Shown: in pieces, positions 58,623 to 64,000 of the stretch | Layout: every line of letters begins with the position of its first letter | How positions within the stretch are numbered: position 1 is the stretch's first letter | DNA from: Flavobacteriaceae bacterium | GTDB taxonomy: Bacteria > Bacteroidota > Bacteroidia > Flavobacteriales > Flavobacteriaceae | Reading direction: 5' to 3' | Assembly: GCA_024643385.1 (NCBI GenBank) | Contig: JAHEMZ010000007.1 | Coordinates: 1,341-65,340, forward strand | DNA length: 64,000 nucleotides | The notes under the pieces: generated by a model | The model's input: only the letters and a program-made list of their open reading frames with translations | The model's database searches: none | What the model was told of the DNA's origin: nothing | Translations under genes and position numbers: made by a program

Positions 58623-58937
58623 ATGGCTGAAGATAAAAAACCAAAACAAGGTCAGATCAATATTGAACTTGAAGAATCTGTAGCACAGGGTATTTACAGT
58701 AACCTTGCCATTATCAACCACTCCCAATCTGAGTTTGTCTTGGATTTTGTAAGTGTAATGCCAGGAGTTCCTAAGAGTAAGGTGAAGTCTAGAATTGTGC
58801 TTACCCCTCAACACGCGAAGCGCTTTTTAAAAGCTTTGAGTGATAATGTAGCTCGTTTTGAATCGGCACATGGTGAAATAAAAGACTATCAGCATTCGCC
58901 AATGCCTATTAATTTTGGGCCTACAGGAGAAGCCTAA
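58623..58937 (+). CDS. DUF3467-domain protein (conserved Bacteroidota partner downstream of rpoC)
   Basis: 104 aa. YSNLAIINHSQSEFVLDFV...P..KV.SRIVLTPQHAKRFLKAL is as remembered for DUF3467, and the position immediately after rpoC fits. Confidence 0.7.
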   Translation: MAEDKKPKQGQINIELEESVAQGIYSNLAIINHSQSEFVLDFVSVMPGVPKSKVKSRIVLTPQHAKRFLKALSDNVARFESAHGEIKDYQHSPMPINFGPTGEA

Positions 58938-59023
58938 TTCTTCCCTTTAAATACATTTTGTATTTAATTATATTTTTAACACTATCATAATCAATAGTTT
59001 GCAATAATTGATTATCTTAGGTG

Positions 59024-59058
59024 AAAGAATGTTATTTTATCCCCTTTAAACATTCTTT
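59024..59058 (+). terminator. AT-rich inverted repeat downstream of the DUF3467 gene (possible terminator)
   Basis: 10-bp stem AAAGAATGTT/AACATTCTTT with a 15-nt loop and a weak T tract. A second 9-bp AT-only inverted repeat lies at 58987-59015. Confidence 0.3.
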
Positions 59059-59314
59059 ATTCAACGCCCCAACAATTTGTAACCAACCTATTTAATGGTT
59101 CGCCCTTACATCTGCTTCAAACCTAACCTTTGAAATGGTCATTGTTATGACCTAATACAGAAATTAGAGAGATGATTTGTTTCATTTTCCATCGTGATTA
59201 AGTAGTTAAACGAGAATTTGAAGCACCTTGTCGAAATGTAGGATTAATATTACATCGGTAAAATTAATTGATTTAAGTTTGGAGTAAAGTGTTAATAATC
59301 TGTTAGTTAATAAA

Positions 59315-60130
59315 TTGAATTGGGGAGTATCATATTGGGGAAAATTTGTGGATGGGCTATTTAGACTATTCAGTACACTTGGCATATGCTGGGTTTTGTG
59401 TCTGTCAACCCATGTCACGGCTCAGGTGGGAATAAATACTACTGATCCACAACAAGCACTTCACATTGCACATTCTGAAATTTGGTCCCCTTTGGGAAGA
59501 ATGCGGGTAGAAAGTTTAAATTCTCCGAATAACCCTTTTAATGGAGGTGATGCTGATGGAGACGGTAATTGGGCTAATGATCTTTACCCATTGTATGTAG
59601 ACGAAAATGGAGATTTTACATTGCAATATACTCCTACATACAATAGTGGGGAAATTGATGCCTTGAACGATACGGAATTGCCAACCAGTACCGTTTATTT
59701 GGATCCTTTGGATGTGAATGGAAATGAAAGCACGGATGTAGCCACTTATACGTTTACAGTTAATCGTGCAGCTTTAATGGAAGTTAAATATGCTTTGAGT
59801 TTTGATGTTTATGCGAATCCGGCAAAGGATAAAATAACCGACAATCTAGCAAGAAGAATAATTACTGTCATCAAAGTGTCCGGAGATCCCCGAGGGTATG
59901 CCCCTGCGGGTACTTGTTATTCCAGCGGTTCCAATAGCAGTGTAGCAGGGACATTGTATTTAAGTTCTTCTGCCTTTGTTTCATTACCTTCTGCGGGTAC
60001 CTACACAATAACATTATCCGGTATTGTTGCTTCAAATATCAAATCGGCGAGCTCTGGTGGAAATCCTTCAGAAGAAACTTATGTAGAATTTGCAACAGGA
60101 GATGATTTTATATTTATCAGACTATACTGA
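59315..60130 (+). CDS. secreted protein of unknown family, paralogue 1 of a 3-gene tandem array
   Basis: ORF with no in-frame ATG before the signal peptide; the start is probably GTG 59348 or TTG 59315. Signal peptide ...LGICWVLCLSTHVTAQ, then VGINTTDPQQALHIA. It shares blocks with the next two ORFs. Confidence 0.6.
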   Translation: MNWGVSYWGKFVDGLFRLFSTLGICWVLCLSTHVTAQVGINTTDPQQALHIAHSEIWSPLGRMRVESLNSPNNPFNGGDADGDGNWANDLYPLYVDENGDFTLQYTPTYNSGEIDALNDTELPTSTVYLDPLDVNGNESTDVATYTFTVNRAALMEVKYALSFDVYANPAKDKITDNLARRIITVIKVSGDPRGYAPAGTCYSSGSNSSVAGTLYLSSSAFVSLPSAGTYTITLSGIVASNIKSASSGGNPSEETYVEFATGDDFIFIRLY

Positions 60131-60149
60131 TATCAATATTAATAAATTT

Positions 60150-60917
60150 ATGAGGACAACTCAATTACTATATTTACTTTTTTTCACTGCCTGGTGTAGT
60201 GCGCAAGTGGGGATTGGAACTACGAATCCTCAGCAATCTTTACATATAGCCGGGGCAGATTCCACGATTCGTTTTGACACTTTTAATACAACAAACAGTC
60301 CATTAGATAATAATGGTGTTGATCTTGCACCCGTATTTGTTCATGGGAAGGGTGATTTAGTGATTGGAAATGGTAGTGGTGGTAATGGCAATGTTCCATT
60401 GAACTTTTTAATTGTGGACACGAATTTTATTCCGGATGATCCCTATGGAGTTGGTTATAATACCGGGAAAGTAGTTAATAACGGTATTGGTGAAAACCAT
60501 GTGGAAGAATTTTATAGAACGAAAACATTTGTTCTCCCTCAAAGTGCCATGATCGAGGTTAAATTCGGGGTAACGATGATGATTCAAGGTTCCGATATTT
60601 CATTAGGACCTCCCTTCTCTGATGTAACTTACGACGCATCGATTAAAATCGGAACATTTTTTTGTATAGATGTGGATAATGACGGTTTGGATGCTAGTGA
60701 ACGTGCCAAAATATATGGAATAAATGGTCAATATTATGAAACGCAATACGGAGGAATTACGGGCTATTCTTATTTAAATTGTCAAGGATACTTGGAACTT
60801 CCGGCCGGAACACATAGGATTTATTTCTTTGGTGTTATTACGGATGACAACGCGAATTATACAAGTGTTGGATATGGGGGAGCAATGGATTATCTCAAAA
60901 TCAGAATTTATAACTAG
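60150..60917 (+). CDS. secreted protein of unknown family, paralogue 2
   Basis: Start is at ATG 60150 (MRTTQLLYLLFFTAWCSAQ signal peptide), then VGIGTTNPQQSLHIAG. DxDxDG-type loop CIDVDNDGLD. C-terminus MDYLKIRIYN. Confidence 0.7.
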   Translation: MRTTQLLYLLFFTAWCSAQVGIGTTNPQQSLHIAGADSTIRFDTFNTTNSPLDNNGVDLAPVFVHGKGDLVIGNGSGGNGNVPLNFLIVDTNFIPDDPYGVGYNTGKVVNNGIGENHVEEFYRTKTFVLPQSAMIEVKFGVTMMIQGSDISLGPPFSDVTYDASIKIGTFFCIDVDNDGLDASERAKIYGINGQYYETQYGGITGYSYLNCQGYLELPAGTHRIYFFGVITDDNANYTSVGYGGAMDYLKIRIYN

Positions 60918-60922
60918 AAAAT

Positions 60923-61768
60923 ATGAGAGACCATTTAATTATAACACTGTTATTTTGGACATCCTTAACATTCGGTCAAGTAGGCATAAACACGACAAAT
61001 CCAACACGGGGGATGCATGTTGCCGGGGCTTCTGAAAATGTAAGGGTTGAAGGATTGAGCGCTTTAAATAATGAATCCAACCTAGGTCCGGGAGCGACAA
61101 CACGTGTTTTTGCAAATGCAGATGGTGATCTTGTTTTGGGTACTTTGGATGATTCCAATATAATGTTGTTGGTAGATACTGATAATTATCTGAATAATGT
61201 AGAAAACCCAACAAGTATCATTGTTCAAACCGGAAATAATTTTGGATATAATCCGGCGGGCGTTCCCGTTGCTGGCATAGTTGGAGCTTCATTTACGCTA
61301 ACTCAAAATGCCATACTTGAAATTAATTACTCGGTATCCTGGTCCATTTATGATGCAAATGCCTTAGATAAAAAGCGCCTTGACGACCTAAGGGCGAGAG
61401 TGATACAAACAGGAATTTATTTCATTGATACAGCTACAGAAGTGCCAATAATTAATGATGCAGATGGTTACCCCATTAATGGTGGTCCTTGGTGTATTGA
61501 TACAAATGCATCCGGGGATGGCTGCTTGGAGTGGGGAGGATTATTGGCATTAACGGGTCAATTTTATAATAATGGCAATGCGGATAGAGGAGCCTATAAT
61601 AATTTTAGAAATACTGCTTCCGATTATGTAAAATTAGGTCCTGGAACTTACACCGCTCTTTTTGCCGCAAGGGTTCAGGTAGAGGTGACTAATGGGGCAG
61701 GTGCTGCAAAAATGTACCTAGGTTCAGGGAATGACACTCTACAGATTGTGGCTTATTATTACGATTAA
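60923..61768 (+). CDS. secreted protein of unknown family, paralogue 3
   Basis: 281 aa. Signal peptide MRDHLIITLLFWTSLTFGQ, then VGINTTNPTRGMHVAG. CIDTNASGDGC loop aligned with paralogue 2. C-terminus LQIVAYYYD. Confidence 0.7.
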   Translation: MRDHLIITLLFWTSLTFGQVGINTTNPTRGMHVAGASENVRVEGLSALNNESNLGPGATTRVFANADGDLVLGTLDDSNIMLLVDTDNYLNNVENPTSIIVQTGNNFGYNPAGVPVAGIVGASFTLTQNAILEINYSVSWSIYDANALDKKRLDDLRARVIQTGIYFIDTATEVPIINDADGYPINGGPWCIDTNASGDGCLEWGGLLALTGQFYNNGNADRGAYNNFRNTASDYVKLGPGTYTALFAARVQVEVTNGAGAAKMYLGSGNDTLQIVAYYYD

Positions 61769-61772
61769 TATC

Positions 61773-63362
61773 TTATTTAAACTCACTAACAAAGTGAAAT
61801 AAGATATTTGGGTACTTCTGTTGGGTCATTTGTAAGGTAAAGGCCGAATCGGCAAAAAAGACGAGTTGCCCTCTTTTATCCTTCGCTAAAAATTTCGATT
61901 TAACTCTTTTGAAATCGGCAAATTCTGCACTTTTTGCATCTTTCGGTTCTACCCAACACGCCTTGAAGACATTCAAACTTTCATAAGAGCATTTGGCACC
62001 GTATTCGTGTTCCAAACGGTATTGGATCACTTCAAATTGAAGGGCACCCACCGTACCGATCACTTTTCGACCGTTGAGCTCTAAAGTAAATAATTGAGCG
62101 ACCCCTTCATCCATCAACTGATCGATCCCTTTTTCCAATTGCTTGCTTTTCATGGGATCGGCATTATTGATATACTTGAAGTGTTCCGGCGAAAAACTGG
62201 GAATTCCTTTGTATTGCATTTCTTCACCTTCCGTTAAGGTATCGCCAATTTTAAAATTACCGGTATCATGTAATCCCACAATATCGCCCGGGTAAGAAAT
62301 ATCAACAATTTCCTTTTTCTCGGCAAAGAAGGCATTCGGACTTGAGAATTTCATTTTTTTTCCATTACGCACATGTAAATAGGGAGTATTTCGCTCAAAG
62401 GTTCCGGACACTATTTTAACGAAGGCTAATCGGTCCCTGTGTTTGGGATCCATATTGGCATGTATTTTAAATACAAAACCGGAAAATTCTTTTTCTTCCG
62501 GATGAACTAAACGAGTATCACTATGTTTTGGCCTTGGCTGCGGGGCTATTTTTATAAAACAATCCAAAAGTTCCCGAACCCCAAAATTATTTAAGGCAGA
62601 CCCAAAGAATACAGGTTGAAGTGATCCATCGAGATAAAATTCTCTATCAAAAGGGGGATATACTTCATATACCAATTCCAAATCGTTTCGTAAAGATTTG
62701 GCAGCTTTTTCGCCCACAATTTTATCGAGTTCGACCGATGATACGTCTTCAATTTCTATCGTCTCTTCTATATTCTTTCGGCTGTCCCCACTGAAAAGGT
62801 TTACATTCTTTTCCCAAATATTATAGATTCCTTTAAAATCGTATCCCATTCCTATCGGAAAGGAAAGTGGGGTGACTGTTAACTTCAATTTTTGTTCGAT
62901 CTCATCAAGTAGATCAAAGGCATCTTTCCCCTCCCGATCGAGCTTATTGATAAATACGATAATAGGGATGTTCCGCATCCGGCAAACTTCCACCAATTTT
63001 TCGGTTTGTTCCTCCACTCCTTTAGCTACATCGATCACCACAATCACGCTGTCCACCGCAGTGAGGGTTCGGAAAGTGTCTTCCGCAAAATCTTTGTGCC
63101 CGGGAGTGTCTAAAATATTTATTTTAAGTTTTTTATACTCGAAAGCTAATACAGAGGTTGCCACGGAAATGCCTCTTTGACGTTCAATTTCCATAAAATC
63201 GCTGGTGGCTCCTTTGGTGATCTTATTACTTTTTACGGCACCTGCTTCTTGAATTGCACCACCAAATAACAACAGTTTTTCTGTTAAAGTGGTCTTTCCA
63301 GCATCCGGGTGTGATATAATTCCAAAAGTTTTTCGACGTTCAATTTCCTTTTTTAAGGACAT
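61773..63362 (-). CDS. prfC: peptide chain release factor 3 (GTPase)
   Basis: 529 aa. SHPDAGKTTLTEK, DTPGHKDF, NKLDR, and RF3-specific domains. Confidence 0.95.
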   Translation of the reverse strand: MSLKKEIERRKTFGIISHPDAGKTTLTEKLLLFGGAIQEAGAVKSNKITKGATSDFMEIERQRGISVATSVLAFEYKKLKINILDTPGHKDFAEDTFRTLTAVDSVIVVIDVAKGVEEQTEKLVEVCRMRNIPIIVFINKLDREGKDAFDLLDEIEQKLKLTVTPLSFPIGMGYDFKGIYNIWEKNVNLFSGDSRKNIEETIEIEDVSSVELDKIVGEKAAKSLRNDLELVYEVYPPFDREFYLDGSLQPVFFGSALNNFGVRELLDCFIKIAPQPRPKHSDTRLVHPEEKEFSGFVFKIHANMDPKHRDRLAFVKIVSGTFERNTPYLHVRNGKKMKFSSPNAFFAEKKEIVDISYPGDIVGLHDTGNFKIGDTLTEGEEMQYKGIPSFSPEHFKYINNADPMKSKQLEKGIDQLMDEGVAQLFTLELNGRKVIGTVGALQFEVIQYRLEHEYGAKCSYESLNVFKACWVEPKDAKSAEFADFKRVKSKFLAKDKRGQLVFFADSAFTLQMTQQKYPNILFHFVSEFK

Positions 63363-63384
63363 AATTGCGAGTTTAATTCAAGGG

Positions 63385-63392
63385 CAAAGATA
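63385..63392 (-). promoter_or_regulatory. Bacteroidota -7 promoter box (TATCTTTG) for prfC
   Basis: Minus-strand TATCTTTG, 22 nt upstream of the prfC ATG (63362). Confidence 0.45.
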
Positions 63393-63623
63393 AGTGTTCA
63401 TGGACGGTTTTCACAATGTAAAATTATCGTTTCGTAAATGTTAAATTCTTACAAACATAAAATTATGAAAACCCATATAATAAAGGTGACTGAGTGTTTG
63501 TGCGTATATCTACTTCCTACAAAAAACGACCAAAAAGATGCTTATTTTGTGTTGTTCAACGAATATTTTTGTCACTTCAACTAATAATGAGTTAAACTTT
63601 AAGAAGACAAGAAAATTCCTACT

Positions 63624-63631
63624 TATCTTTG
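63624..63631 (+). promoter_or_regulatory. orphan -7-like box (TATCTTTG) in a long intergenic region
   Basis: Matches TAnnTTTG, but the next annotated start (63913) is about 280 nt downstream. Confidence 0.25.
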
Positions 63632-63912
63632 ATTTTAGTAACCAAGCATTAAACCGATTGAGTCGTGCCCCCGATTTCAGAAATTAAGTCAAAGAATATG
63701 AACTGTTTAGATAATTATCATCTGAATAGTTCAATAATAATTTCCCCAAATCGCACGATAGTTTATAAAGTGAAATCCTGTGCAAGGATAAAACAATAAA
63801 GATTGAACAATGTTCAAGAAAAATAGTAACAAGTCAACACATGCAATTTCGTCCAATTACACCATGTATTGTGGTTGGAATGAAAATGTATTTAAATATT
63901 AAACCTCCCGTT

Positions 63913-64000
63913 ATGAAAAAAATTACTTTTCTAACTCTAGCGGCCATGCTTTTATCGTTAATTATAACGAATAAAAGTTATGGACAAGTTGCAAATACAA
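63913..64000 (+). CDS. 5' end of a secreted protein gene (runs off the right edge)
   Basis: ATG at 63913 gives MKKITFLTLAAMLLSLIITNKSYGQVANT, a classic signal peptide. Only 29 codons are visible. Confidence 0.45.
   Translation, partial: MKKITFLTLAAMLLSLIITNKSYGQVANT

Noticed and set aside
59206-59418. 70-aa minus-strand ORF in the spacer upstream of paralogue 1
   Set aside because: It overlaps the signal-peptide coding region of paralogue 1 on the opposite strand. It has low-complexity AT-rich coding with no recognisable features.
60090-60149. Upstream extension of paralogue 2 (start at 60090) overlapping paralogue 1
   Set aside because: ATG 60150 yields a canonical signal peptide (MRTTQLLYLLFFTAWCSAQ) aligned with the other paralogues. 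The extension would overlap the end of paralogue 1 and precede the signal peptide with 20 unrelated residues.

Overview
This 64-kb window looks like a chromosomal segment of a Bacteroidota genome, most likely Flavobacteriia. The supporting signs are a T9SS C-terminal sorting domain, recurrent TAnnTTTG '-7' promoter boxes 4-25 nt upstream of start codons (60-75 nt upstream of the tRNA genes), a DUF3467 gene directly after rpoC, and a strong Shine-Dalgarno only in front of rpsU. Coding density is very high, and several convergent genes abut or overlap.

Layout, left to right:
- 1-4330: a truncated FG-GAP lipoprotein, a CBS-domain protein, kdsA and typA.
- 4399-19096: a cell-surface glycan locus. 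It contains a small TM protein, a methyltransferase fusion, two tandem LtaS/EptA-like membrane transferases, a FemAB/GNAT-like gene, a sugar aminotransferase, a WzxE-like flippase, a second MOP flippase, an LbH acyltransferase, four glycosyltransferases and an FdtA-type ketoisomerase.
- 19169-43532: an S8 peptidase, ftsE and miscellaneous housekeeping or envelope genes.
- 43609-58937: the conserved block rpsU, Xer recombinase, hpf, tRNA-Thr/Tyr/Gly/Thr, tuf, tRNA-Trp, secE, nusG, rplKAJL, rpoBC and DUF3467.
- 59315-61768: three tandem, divergent, secreted paralogues of unknown family.
- 61773-63362: prfC.

No CRISPR array, rRNA, transposase, prophage or recognisable defence system was seen. 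The most interesting unexplained elements are the three-gene secreted paralogue array next to rpoC/prfC and the small-TM/methyltransferase/duplicated phosphotransferase-like module at the head of the glycan locus. All family assignments come from reading motifs by eye; no database search was possible.
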